DNA of 64,000 bases, from assembly GCA_000708835.1 (NCBI GenBank), contig DF237464.1, forward strand, positions 1 through 64,000, given 5' to 3'. The notes under the pieces were generated by a model. The model saw only the letters and a program-made list of their open reading frames with translations, was not told the origin of the DNA and made no database searches. Within the stretch, counting starts at the first letter, position 1; each line of letters starts with the position of its first letter. Both the position numbers and the translations under genes were made by a program. Of the stretch, positions 12,631 to 25,555 are shown one piece after another. Source of the DNA: Klebsormidium nitens. Its lineage: Eukaryota; Plantae; Klebsormidiophyceae.

Positions 12631-15458
12631 TCACGGCGCCGCCGGCTTCTCACTTCCTTCCCCTGTCTGCCCGCTTCTTTGCGCCGCCGCCTCCGCTGCC
12701 TCCTCCTTCCTCCCCCACGCGAATGGCCGCGACCCCTGCGCGCGCTCCCCGGCGTTGCCCTCCGCGGGGCGCCTCTCCCGGCCCCTGCTCGGCGGCCCCT
12801 CGCCCCCGTCACCCTTCTCCGCGGGGCCGTTCTTTTCAATCACCTCCCACGCCTCCGGCGACGAGTCCCCCGACCTGCGCCCGGGGGAGCTGGGGCGCCC
12901 GGCTGCGGGGCGGCCGCCTGGCGCGCGGTCCGCGGTGCGCTGCTCGTAGTCGTGCACGCGCTCCTGCACGCCGCCGCGCGGCCGTTCCTCGCCCTCTGCC
13001 CCCGCCTGGTCGGCGCGCCTGCCGATGAGCGGCGCCACGAGCTGGTCCTCCACGATTGCCACCGGCGCGGTGACGACCTCCTTGACGGTCTGCACCGGGT
13101 GCGCCACCAGTTCCTCCACCACGCGCACCGGCGCCGTCACCGTGTCCGCCGTCACCTCGTACACCGCCTCCGCGGCCGCCGCGGTCGCGCCCGCGATGGC
13201 GGCCACCACCCCGGGCGACTGCTCGCGCTCCAGGGAGCCGCGCGCGTCCTCGAACGACTCAGGCTCGGTCGGCTCGTCGAAGGGCGGGGGAGGCTCGCGC
13301 GGGGGCTCACGGGAAGCTTTGCCCTGCATCGAAGAAGAGAAGCACATGTCATTTGCGGCCGACTTCTGCATTCTAGCAGAACTAACTTGATTTCTTCTCA
13401 ACAACAAGATTTTGCTAATCTCTAGGACGACAATAATCTCCTGCCTCCCTCTCTATGAACTTTGGCAGAACGAAAATTTGCCGTCTGCGGTAAATTATAT
13501 GTTGCAAGAAGACAAGAACACAATGAGGGTCGTGACAGCTTTACGTTGAGATATGCACTGTTATTAATAAGTCCCTTTTCCCAGATCGTCAAACTTGAGA
13601 TCGACAAGATTTTTCGGAAAGATGACGCCTTGACTTACACCGAAATCGCTTGGGCGGGCTTCCTGGGGTCTCCTCTCCTCTTCCTTTCTGCTCTCCTCCT
13701 CCTCTTCTCTTTCTCCCTTCTTCCGTTCTTCTTGTTTTATTTCGTCACCCCCGCCCCCTTTCATCTCTTCGGCGCGCTCTCTCGCTCTCACCAGCGGACC
13801 CTCAGTCTCCTTGTCGCCCCCTTCGCGGGTTCCTTCTGCCCGGGCGCTTTTCCACTTGAGCTCGGTCACTTGTTTCGACGGGCGCTGCGGCTCGGGCCGC
13901 CGCGGTGGGCCGGAAGCTGCTGCAAGCAGGACCGGGTGCGATCACGAAAGAGCTGAGCACTTCCGGAGGATGTTGCAAGCAAGCTTGTGCAGAGCTGAAG
14001 TCTTCTGTATCGTAATTTAGAACACTTCTGATTAATCTTTTCATGACTGGAGGCCTTTGTGAGGAAGGCAGGACACCCTAAAAATTGACCCAAACCGTTG
14101 ATTTAGAGGCGTATGAGTGGGAATGCGCGCCGGCCTCGCGAGCCAAAGGCACCGTTTTGTAATGGTGTTTTGATGTGGCAAGTGTGCGGGCAGAGCCGGC
14201 AGTGGCGGGCCTCACCTGCGGCCTTCCACTTGCGCACCTTCTCCTTGGCCTGCTCGATAATTGCGTCGCGCTCGCGGAACGCCGCAGCCATTTCCTCCTC
14301 GAACCTGCACGGACACAGGCCAAGCACAACGCTGCGTCAACAAACACATCTTCTGTTTGTCCGTTTTGAGGAATCCTTTGCTACAGCCAAGAGCAATGAG
14401 AAAGAATTTTGGACACGACGCTGGCATTGTGCTTGTGAGGATGGCATGAGAACGCACGTCCGGCCGCGGCGGGTTCGCACCTCTTGCGCGCCTGGCGGAA
14501 GGCGTGCTGCTTGCGGCGCGTGGCGTCCTTGGCCATGGCGGCGGCCTTGTCGTGGCAGTCCAGCTCTTCGCCCACCGCGGTGATGCACGCCGCCTTCTCC
14601 AGCCACGCCACGTGGGCCACCGCCTCGCGGTACCGGGCCTCCGCCTGCAGTCCAAGCAACACCACCGGAGGGCCGCTTAAGCCGGGGGCAGGGGATGAAA
14701 CAGATGAGATACTTGTGACCAGGAAAACGAGCAGGAATGGAACCTTCGTGTGGTTGCTGACATCAGGGTCAAATAGCCATCATTCTAAAACCCGTAGAGT
14801 GCCATCGTAATGCTGGAGACTTCTTAGAACCTCTTTAGCCCCTAGGCAATTACTGCCAAGCAGCTGCCTCGTTGAAGACCCCGAGAAAAGCAGCCGTAGC
14901 CTGAACTGCAGTGGATAGGCGACCGCGAGAATTGATCTGCTAAGCGACCAATATCAGCACGTCCAGATTCTTTTCCGACCAACATGTCGTTAGGAAAGGC
15001 TGTCACACCGCCCCTTCTCCTGCGTGCCCTGAACCTCGATCCTGGTCCCCCCTCACCTCAAGGCTACCCAGCGCGGCCGCCTGTTCCCCCAGGATGCGCA
15101 CCTCCAGCCGCGCCATCTTCTCTGCGGCGCTGCCCGCCCGGAACACCTTGCTCTCGTACGCCTGACCCCCGCGGGCCCTGCTGGGGGGTCGCCGCCCCGT
15201 GGCCTGCAGCGGCAGCTTCCACACCAGGTCCAGCACCACCTCCGGCGACGGCATCTCGCCGCCCTCGCCCGCCGCCTCGCCGCCCTGCTCGCCCCTTGCG
15301 GCTGCGGCGGCCACCGACTCGCGGCCGGGTGGCGGCTCGCGGCCGGCCTGGCGCGCGTGCTCTTCGCCCTGCAGGCGCTCGAGCTCGCGGTGGATGTCAG
15401 CTTCCGCGCGCTTCAGCTCCGCAATGCGCGCGGAGCCGGGGGAGGGGCGGGTGGCCAT
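12631..15458 (-). CDS. Hypothetical protein with coiled-coil and low-complexity regions; 5 coding exons, about 527 aa
   Basis: Exons 15102-15458, 14481-14644, 14216-14304, 13639-13919 (NAGNAG acceptor) and 12631-13323 are all GT-AG and total 1584 nt in frame, with GC-rich codon usage. A probable 5'UTR intron has its acceptor near 15522. No family recognised. Confidence 0.7.
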
Positions 15459-17439
15459 GCGGGGCGCAGACGTGAGGACTATGGGGGGAAGCGAATTGGA
15501 AGACGAAGAAAAGTTTCCAACCTGCAGTAAAATCACAAGCAGAGAAAGATGAAGAGTGGCTCTTCAGAGGGAAATTCCTGTGTGGTCCAAATTGAGGCCT
15601 TCATCTACACGCGGAAGGTCCTCGAGGTGATTGAAGCCAATGTGGGCCTTCAGAACGATGGAAAAGAAGCGCCTGTTTGCAGCGCGTGGGCTCGTTTCAT
15701 ATCACAAACCCCGCTTCTTGGCCAAGCACATAGAGAGAATCGACGAGATGTACAAAAAAAAGGAAATGCGCATCTTCTTAGGAACTTGAGCTGCGAGACC
15801 CTTTGAGATTACTTCCTCCGGACTGCCCTTTGGACTGCCCCTTACATCAACGTATCAAGAATCGAAAAAGAACCCAGCGCTTACAAGGCCAACCACAGTC
15901 TTGCTAACAACGCCATAGGAAGAAGACAAGATTTGCCTCGTGTCGCATTGGTCCACAAAGGCGGCTCCAAATTTTCTGCATTCACATGCAGCGCTCTAAG
16001 CTGCCTGCTTGTTTAGAACCGCTCATTCTCCTCGTTCTCACCTTCCTGGCCTTCGTGATGGGCGGTCTTCCCCCACGACTTGTTCGCGTCCCTCGTCTTC
16101 GAAGATGAGCGGAGGTGACCCCCTACTCCGTGCTGTTTAAAAAGCTTGCTTAAAGCTTTGAGCTTTAAGACGTAAGACGTGCGGCGGGCCGAGCCACAAA
16201 GTTGCAGCATCCACACTCAGCCAGTAGCATCTGCGCTGTTCTCGTAAGCTTGCCAGGCTGTTTGACCGACTGGTCGCGGGGAGATGGGAACATGAGCTTG
16301 CGCAAATCATGCATGGTCGAGCTTTACCTGTTGTCGTTTCGTCGGCTTTGTCGCTATGCGTTACTGATGCTTGATGCCAAGACATAGGCGCGCAGGCAAA
16401 GTATACAGTTGTAAACTGTGCCCCGTTTCTGACAGGCAGCCCCCTATCGTCAGAACCGAGCGGGGTAAGCCCGCTGCCCAGCGCGTGGAACTTCGTGAGG
16501 TCCGCACAAAATCCCACCGGGCGAAATGAACAAGCGGTGTCCCGAACGGTTCCCCTGCGGGAAACATGGCTTGCCTAACCCGGCGTAACCCGTAGAATAT
16601 TATAACCATGCTTGACCCACCTCATAACCACGAGAAAGCACGTCATCACCGACTGACGAACCTTATTTTGCCGGAAAATGCGGAGCCTATCCGTAAAGTG
16701 CGGAGCGACAGGAGCTTCTTTCGACGATAAAAAGCAGTGTCATGCTTCATGCATGCATGTAACGACATGCGAAATTGTCAAACATCACCGTCCGGCTGTG
16801 ACATCTGGCACCGGACCTCCCGTATCGAAATTTGGCTAAGCCGACGGCCAGTCTAGAATCACGATCTGAATAATTTCGCAGATCTTCATTCGTAATAATA
16901 AAATCCTATGGGTTCCCTTAGAAAGGCCAATAAATGAACGGCGCCGTGGATGCTTTAAAGGCTGGGACAACGAGATTCTGCGTGACAATCAATATCGTGA
17001 CCAGGTTTCGACTTGGGCAAGATGCGGTCAGTGGGACCTGCAGCCTGTGGTCACATTGACACGCGACGTTGGCATGAAAGGCAGACGTCAAGCGTGCATC
17101 ATCTTGCTTCCGACACTTCGACGTTCGTGATATTAGCATTCCTCTCTTCTCTCACAAAAGCTCAATGCGCTAATGTTTGTGATGACAACTCCCAGTTACA
17201 TAATTGAATAATAACCAACGGAAGTGCTTTGGCCGCCTGACAGATCCTGCTATAAACGACCAGAATTTGTGGACGATGTTTGAACGTATACGACCGATGT
17301 GATCTGATTGACTTTCTATTGCACGGCAATGTAGTCGACTTCTCAAGTAGCTAAAATCAACTTGTCCACTTTTTCTTGCTAAACTTCCTAGTCCCTTTCC
17401 TCTTATTCGTTGGGGGCAACCCGGTGCGTGCCAATTTGT

Positions 17440-20400
17440 CTAGAAAGCGCCAAAGACGTTGCTCGTGCTCTGTGGGCTGGACGGCCCTGCTCGCGAGATG
17501 GGGTCGGGGTGCACGCGCGCGCCCCCGGCCGCGCCCGCCAGAACGAGCCCGCCCGACGGACTCGCGTGCCACCTGCAGAAGCACCGCCAAGCAAAGGCCA
17601 CCGTTGTCAACGAAGTCCGTTTCAAACAGTCTTCTTCGCACGAACCTGGAGGTTTTGGGATAAAAGATACTCCAAAAATAACTAGAGACTGTGCAAAGAT
17701 GGATCCGATCCATCGAAACGATTGCAATGTCTTTTGACCCATGGATCCTAAGCGGCTCACCACCTAGAAACAAACCGGCGGCGTTGTCAGTATTCCAGCG
17801 GATTCATTTGACAAGGAGAAGAGCAGCTTGTCTACTCCTGCGCGCACAGAAATCTTTTCCGTTCGTCGCGCACCTGTACACTTCCAATGGGTCGATGTAC
17901 TTGGCGGGCTTGCGGTGGTGGTACACGGGCGGCACCAGCGGCGGCTGGAGGCCGCGCTTGGCGACCGCGTCCCAGGCAACCCCCGCGAACCAGGGGTGCG
18001 CCTTCACGTCGCCCCACCCGCGGGGGCCGCTCCCCAGGCGGCGGCCGGGGTCCACCTCGAGCAGGCCCTGAATGAGGTCCCGCGCCATCTTGGTGAAGGG
18101 CGGGTCGGCCGCGGACTTGGGCGGCGGGAAGCGGAAGTCGCCCTCCACGATGCGCTTGTACAGCTCCTTCTGGCTGTCGCCGAAGAACGGCGGGACGCTG
18201 TGCAGACAAGGACGGCAGCAAAGCTTTACTTACGCAACAGGAATCTCAAAATTGGGGCTTTCAGTATAAGGCACGATTTGCCTTGCATCCAAGTTCTGCC
18301 CGACGGCAAGATACTGCCGACTCTCAACATCAGTGTTTGCTGCTCGCGTCTATCTCTCAACTCTTCACAAAACGCTCTGGTGAAACAAGGCGACGGAAGG
18401 AGCGCAGATGGGCGTGCGAGTAGGCGGCTGACCCTGCGATGAGCTCGAAGAGGAGCACCCCGAAGGCCCAGAAGTCGACGGCCCTACCGTGGCCCTTGCC
18501 GTTGACGATCTCGGGGGCCAGATAGTCGGGCGTGCCCACGAACGTGTGCCGCCTGCCGCACAACAGAACACCGCCTTTGAGCAGATTTAAGAGGTCAGCG
18601 CTCCAGCGAAGCAGTAGAAGCTCCGTCAAAGGGAGCTTGCACATCATTCTTACTTCAAGAGTTGGATCAAGAGAAACGATGGGACCAGTGAAATACGATC
18701 GGACCCGCTTCCCTAGTTCCTGGGCCAACTCACCTCTCCCCTGGAAGAGAGCGCCGTGAAAAGCCGAGGTCGGTGAGCTTCACATGGCCCGATGCGTCTA
18801 GCATGACGTTCTCGATCTTGAGGTCCCTGCGAATGCAACAACGACACCCGACGTGAGAAATATAAAGCTGAAGCTGGCTATCTGAGGAGAAAGCTCTTTT
18901 TCAGGTGGTGTCGCGTCGAAGTTATCGAACACGGAGCTTCTTACTGCGCCTTTCTGGCTACGAAAAGTGGTGATCAGGGGGACTCCAAGACCCAATAATC
19001 AGTTTAGGCGGTCAGCAATAAGTAAAAGGACTTCGAAAAACCCACGTACAAAAAATCCACCCGTTTCCACCCGTTTCAATTCCTCTAAAATGGTACTCTT
19101 CTTCCTGTGGCGTACGTAGTGCCCATCGATTCGTAAACGCGAAGTGGACAGCGCTCCTGGCGTGCGGTTCGTATCACCTGTAGAGGAAGTTCTTGCTGTG
19201 CATGTACTCGAGCGCCACTGCAATCTCTGCGCCGTAGAAGCGGGTCTCATCCTCCGTCAGCCTGCGGCGCCGCTCCAGCTGGTCGAACAAGTCGCCCCCC
19301 GCCACAAACTCCATCACGAAGTAGAGCCGCATCTGGTCCTGGAACGTCTTGTAGCTGCGCCAGGAGCGAACGGGTGCGAGTCTCAGAAGCTGGACGTCGG
19401 TGAAGCAGCAGAATTGACCGGCAAACAAACTTTTCAAAGCAGCTCATCCCACTTCCAGGAGCGAGTCTATCTTGGTAAGGTGCGTCTCGAATGAAAAATT
19501 CGAGGGCCCGCCGACATGCACAACGGCTTTGCCTACTGCTGGAGGGCCTGCGCTGCTTGAGGTGCACGGCCGGCGGCTCACGTCTTGACGATGAAGGGGT
19601 GGCCGCTGAGGGCGAGGAGCGCCTCCTTCTCTGCAAGCGCCTGCTCCGTCTCGTTGCGCGCGAGCAGATCCTTTTTGTCCATGCTCTTGAGCGCATACAG
19701 CTTGTTGGGCCGCCTCCTCCGCGTGCACAAGTGGACCACGCCAAACGCACCCTGGCCTGCGGAGAGGAGCCCGCAAGGGACACGGTCAACAGAGAGCGAA
19801 TGCAGGCACAGGGCCGTCAAGAGCTTCAAACATACGTCAAAGGAGTGGGTAAAGTCTGAGGCAGCATTGAGCCACGTCCTTGTTTGCGGTGCTGTGTTTC
19901 TTGGAGCTATGCTGGTGGCTGGGTCGCCTCACCCACGACCTTGTGCAGCCGGAAGTCCTGGATGGACGCCCCCTCCTTTCTTCCCCCCGTCAGCACGCGC
20001 AGCATGCTCGTCGCTTTCTTCACCAAGGCCCTCACCACCCGCAGCGGCCGTCGAGCGGCAGCGCGCGAGTAGTACCCCGCCAGCGACGTCCTCCGTCCTG
20101 CTTCCAGGGGTGCAGCACGCTGCCGATGCCGTGGAGTCTTGCTGGCGGTCTCTCCCGAGGTGGATGCCACTGACTCGGTTCCCGGGTCCTCATGCAAGGG
20201 CCCACTCGACGAGCTCGACGTGGTAACGCTGGGGGGAAGGGGCGTCAGCTCGTCCAACCGCATCTTCAAGGTGTCATTCTTGGCTGACGGCTGCCGCAGG
20301 GTGTTGACGGTGATCGGCAGGGGTGATACACGGGCCATGTCACGGGACCGCCTGGCAGGCCTACTAGCTGCATTTGCTCCTATGGAAAGGCTGCTCGCCT

Positions 20401-20869
20401 CTGATGCCGCTGTTGGCAGGGGAGCTGGATGGGGCGTGCTCTCTGCACTCACTGTGCCCGGGAGAGAGCTGGCTCGTTCGATGCCTGGGCCTGCACTGTC
20501 ATGGCCGGATTCAGGGCCCTTGCCTGCAGAGGTGCACTCATGGATCTCATGTGCGCAGTCGGGTCTACTCCGACTCTCGCCAGCCGCGTCCCCAACCTGA
20601 GTAGCACCCGTTGCTTTGCTGCCGCCCATTGCTGTCGTGTTCAACAGTCCCTGTTCTAAGCAGACAGGATCACTTGCACCCGTTGACTCCGCATCGCTTG
20701 CCTCAGCATGGCCGTGTGTGTTGGTACCCATCACAGTCGGATCTAGATCTCCAGGAGAACTGGCAGCACACGAGGCTGCACTGCTGCCAGGTGCCATGCT
20801 AGGGCTTTGCACGTCTTCACAGGTGGTGCGGCTGGCCTCGCTGGGCGCAGCACTGCTGGTGGCCTCCAT
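17440..20869 (-). CDS. AGC-group Ser/Thr protein kinase (PKA/PKB/S6K-like) with a long disordered N-terminus; 7 exons, about 652 aa
   Basis: Exons 19933-20869, 19582-19756, 19178-19354, 18734-18826, 18433-18552, 17874-18197 and 17440-17572 total 1959 nt. Motifs: [44 protein letters not shown], and a C-terminal FGAF* hydrophobic motif. Confidence 0.92.
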
Positions 20870-22855
20870 GTGGTGGCCTGCCTTAGGTACAGGCGCTGCC
20901 AGCCAGGACACAGCACGGGCTCAGGGCAGCACTTTACGGAGGTGGCACGCACAGCTACGTCAATCTACTCGGTTTGGTCCCACATGAGCATCTACACTAA
21001 CTTGATTCTGACCAATCGAGGATAAGTGAAGAATGGTTTAGCAGATGGCATGAGACCAGTGTTGACTTACACGTTTCATCTGGTCGACTCTTTCATGTGG
21101 CACTGCACATAACTACAAACGAAGCATGGAAAGGTTGAGCACACAATGCTGCTGAGTGAAACGGTCAGAATCCATCAGGGCGCCGCCACATTGGTCTTTC
21201 CATCATCGGACATGCTCGCATCGTCCGCTTGGCCATGGGAGCCTTTAAGTACTACATTGAAGGATGGTCGACTGGCACGTCGGCGGACCACTGCCAGCAT
21301 CTGACCCTATCATTTCTCATCGTTGGCGAAGTGGTCTGCTGGAGCACCACACCAGATTCAGGAGGAATATCTGTGACTCATATTGGTAATTCTGGAATAT
21401 AGAGGCGGCTCTACAGTTGAGTAATCGACGAGTGCTTGGATCAGCAGCAGCCGGCTACACACTACAACACGACTTAGAAGCGAGGCTGCCAGTGATGAAC
21501 TCATCAATATGCTCCTGCTTTATGTAATGCATCCGGTTTCAGCAGCCTTATTCACGTACTATTGGGACATCTTTGCTTTCACTACCGTACGAAGAAATCG
21601 GCCTATGAGTCCTCCTGCGATTTGCGACAGTACCGTGACGTATCCATCCATCCATTCCTTGATATCAGCAAAAGAAAGATCCGACAGATTCTGCATGTGC
21701 GTGGAATATTAGAAGCGAGTGAATAATTACTTACTTGAAAGGGTGACTAGTGTAGATAGAGTGATACCACAATATCGACAGAGATACAGATTATATCAAC
21801 ACACCCCCAACACACGCGATGTGAAAGCTTTTTAAACCGCTTGACATACCAGAGTACAGCGGAACAGAAGGTCGCGCGCGCACAGCATTTCATCGAGCAA
21901 ATCGTACGTCTCCACGATCATGCGTGTCTTTGCACTCTGCGATGGCAGACGCACTGGGAGTCCGTCCGGTCACCATGTTTGCCGCCCATGGTCCTGAAGT
22001 CTCTTGAACGATGTTTGCCGTTTGTCAAGGCCGTCACCTGTGGTGGCAGTGTGTTCAGCCCCGGCCCTTTCTAGCCGTCCGCAAGATTTGAGGGGGCTTT
22101 TCTGGCCAATGATGGGGCACTTTTAGATTTTAGTATCTACGTGGCCAATGTCGCGTCGCTTTTTACCTCGTGTGTGCAGCAGCCAATTCGGGCACGACGT
22201 GTATACACAGGTCTGTACAACATTGGTACCTTCACAGCGCACCTACCGTATTTACGCAGGGCTGCCAGACTGCCAGGTGCAGATTGGACCATGCGACAGT
22301 ACCCAGGTAGGTACACAGAGCAGTACAGTGTACACCGTGCCTTCATACAGGCCCGGTTGGAGAACTACCTAGGTAACAGGCGCGCAAAGCAACTTCGGTC
22401 CACGGTCAGCCCTACTACCTACGTACGCCGCACGCGTGCCCCTCACTCGTGAGGCGCTCCGTATGGGCGCTCAACCTTTGCTTCATGCAGCTTCGAAGTG
22501 ACGCATGTGGAGGTCACATTCGCTGCATGTTGCTAACGCAGCTGGGCGCACCTCGTCGATCTCATGCAGCCACTGCCATCTTGCTTTAGTTGAAGGAGGT
22601 GCTCGTAGAGTTGCGAGTTGGACTGTTTTCCTTCGGTGCACAGCGGGTGGTAATGCCGCAGGGAGGCGCTATCCAGGCTGGTTGAAAGCTGTAGCTTCTG
22701 TGTGGACATAGATCCGGATATGCTTTGCCTGCTACCTGCTTGACTTGTCAGAGTGTGGCACTTCTTTTGGTCGGGAATTGCACATCTGAATTGGTGAAGA
22801 AGTCTTCAGCTGCTGAGAGCGTCAGATCTGCCTTTCGACGCTTTTCGCACCAAGT

Positions 22856-25555
22856 ATGGCTGGCGCTACATGTCGGTCTGGGGCAGCTGGTGCTGGTTTG
22901 CTGGGCCCTCAGGTTGTGTTGTCTGCAAGCAAATGCCAGCCTTCTCAGATAGATCTGAGGCACACCAAGCTGCAGCCAGCGATCTCTGCTCGAGGTGGCC
23001 ACTCCAGACAAAAGCTTGGCACAGGAAAAGGCTTTGTTGAGGGAATTGGGATTAGCCAGCTAAAGCAGCTTAAAAATGTAGACCGCAACAAACGGAAGAA
23101 GGTCCTTCGCACTGCTGCGGTGCTTGTGAATGAGGACCCGATGTTCAGCGGAAGGGGCCGGGACGCAGATTTTGCTGAGTCCTCTGGTCGGGATGCAACA
23201 GATGCAAACGCCGGCTCCCCTCTTGATGAGCTGCTTCAGACTGGGCGGGCGCTAAAGTTTGCGGCGTCCATTGATGAAGAGAGCGCTCGGCAACGAGCTC
23301 TGGACAGGCGGCTTCGCAGGAAGTCGGAGAGGGCTTCGTACCAGGTGGCAGCAATCGCGTCGACGCTGGGATTCACAGCTTTGGCGGGAGCTGCAGTGTA
23401 CCACCGGTTCCTTTGGCAGATACCGGTAAGCCACATTCAAAGACATGAAGGTCGAGTGTGGTCAATCTGTTCAGGGCGCGCAGCGCCTCCCAGTTTGCTT
23501 GGCATCTGCGAGCATCCTGATGGTGCAGGCTAAGTTCTAACCAAGGTCCTACATTTCAATGTTATCAGCTGCGCGTGCAAACAAACTTGTTCCTCAAGGT
23601 CTGCATGCACCGAGTCCAGGACTTTTGTGCAACTCACGGAAAGCTGGCCCAGTCAGGTTTGGGTTGTGCTGCTTTCTTCTGCCAAGGTGGATATAATCTG
23701 GCCAGATTTAATGGAGCAGAGGTTGCACACATTGGGGATCTTTTATCTGCAGCTCGCTGTTTAGCGACGGAAAAGCTGTTGGCTTTTGTACAGTGCATAA
23801 CTTCTCTGGCCCTTTGTCAAAAGTTCGCGGCTGTCGGGTTTAGAAGTATGTTGCGAAGCAGGAACAGCGGCTACGATTGAGAAATGCAGCCATTGAGAGT
23901 ACTTCGGACACCGGCTCAGAGCAGTTTCTGAGAGGTTGCTTGTTGACAAGCTCTTTGATGTCCTGCCATGGCAGGAGGGAGGCTCACCACCGTATTTGGA
24001 GATGGCTGGCACCTTCGCTCTTGCCATTGGAGCACTGGTAAGGTCCACTTGTCCTGCTTGGATCCATCATGCCTGCCTCATTTTGACTGTGTGATTGAGT
24101 TCTGGATGACCATTCTGAAGCACTGACATGACGAGCTTCTTTATGGCCACGATTTTATGACGGCCAAGGTTCAAGTTGTGAGATTGAGGTTTGGGGATTG
24201 TGCTGCAGGTTGGGATGGAGTACTGGGCCCGATGGGCGCACAAAGCTTTGTGGCATGCCTCTCTGTGGAACCTGCATGAGGTGAGAGCTGCGGCCACATG
24301 ACAGTCGGGTGTCTTTTGTAAGCTGATTCAGTTTGCATTGCCTCAAGGACCTCTGCCAGTCTCAATGGGATCTCCCTCGTTCGTGAGGTTTGTAATGCAT
24401 CTTACTGTGGGTCTGTCAAGAAGGCGCCAGCCTTTCTTTCGAGGCGCTTGTGTGAGCTGTTGGGTACCCATGTCTTGGTGATTTCATGAAGGGATTGGCC
24501 GTGAGCGGCATTGACCCCGGTATTTCCTTTGCAGTCTCATCATCGGCCACGGGAAGGTCCTTTCGAGGCCAACGACATTTTTGCAATCATTAACGCTGTA
24601 CCTGCAATTGCGCTTCTAGCATACGGTTTCTTCAACCACGGATTTATCCCCGGACTGTGCTTTGGAGCGGTAAGCCCCCACTGTTTCTTTGCTGGCTTCA
24701 ATGCGAAAGGCGTAACCTTGAATTTGTATGGGAGTAGCAGGCACGCAAATGCCAATGATCAGCTCCGTGCGCCATACTTCTTGTCGATCCTCAGCAAACC
24801 ACTCAAGTTGAATGCTGTGTTTCTGATAGAACGAGCTGTCTGAGGGGCTTCCAACTGTTGGTATTGTTGCTAAGGAGCATCCGGCGTTCCTTCTATAATT
24901 GAAAGCTTTCTGGATGCAGGGCCTGGGCATCACCATGTTTGGCATGGCTTACATGTTTGTGCATGACGGCCTGGTCCACCGCCGTTTCCCCGTGGGGCCA
25001 ATTGGCGATTTACCCTACCTTCAGAAAGTAGCAGCGGCGCATCAGGTATGCACACTGTCCTGATCCAGCGCTTTGCTCGAATCTGGACAGGTGTCCTCTG
25101 ATTGAGTAGGTGACCAGGTCAAAAGGCTTGGGGTGTCCTGCTATTCGCCTGCAAGTGGCCTTCATTGGCTCAACGTTTGCTCCATTGCATCCAGATTGGA
25201 TTCTGATTGTGTTGCGTCATGCTTATGCCCCTGGCTACTCTGTGCAGATGCATCATGCGGACAAATTCGAAGGCGTTCCTTATGGCCTCTTCTTAGGCCC
25301 TGAGGTAAGCTCGTTCGCATCCATTTCAATCTGAATTCACCGCACAAAGCGACACCTGTTCAAGCTGAAAGCATTGGGTTTGCCCTTAGAATGAGAAAGA
25401 TGCTGGTTGACTTTGTTAGGAGTAGGTTTCAAGACTCTCGGAAGTGATGTGATCATGTCCTTGCGCAGGAGTTGGAGCGTGTTGGTGGCCTGGAAGACAT
25501 GGAGGCCCTTATCCAGAAGCAACGGTTGAGCAGAGAAACCCTTGCCACCAAGTAG
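22856..25555 (+). CDS. BCH: Non-heme beta-carotene 3-hydroxylase, plastid-targeted; 7 exons, about 369 aa
   Basis: Exons 22856-23425, 23975-24037, 24209-24280, 24535-24669, 24920-25045, 25248-25304 and 25469-25555 total 1110 nt. His boxes and family motifs: GMEYWARWAHKALWH, HESHHRPREGPFEANDIFA, YMFVHDGLVHRRFPVGP, AAHQMHHADKFEGVPYGLFLGP. Confidence 0.96.

Noticed and set aside
16747-16760. RY-like CATGCATGCATG and scattered ACGTGG (ABRE-like) words in intergenic DNA
   Set aside because: These are short motifs expected by chance, and function cannot be supported from sequence alone.
20977-20986. Plant snRNA USE-like motif GTCCCACAT
   Set aside because: The match is imperfect, and there is no correctly spaced TATA box and no recognisable snRNA downstream.
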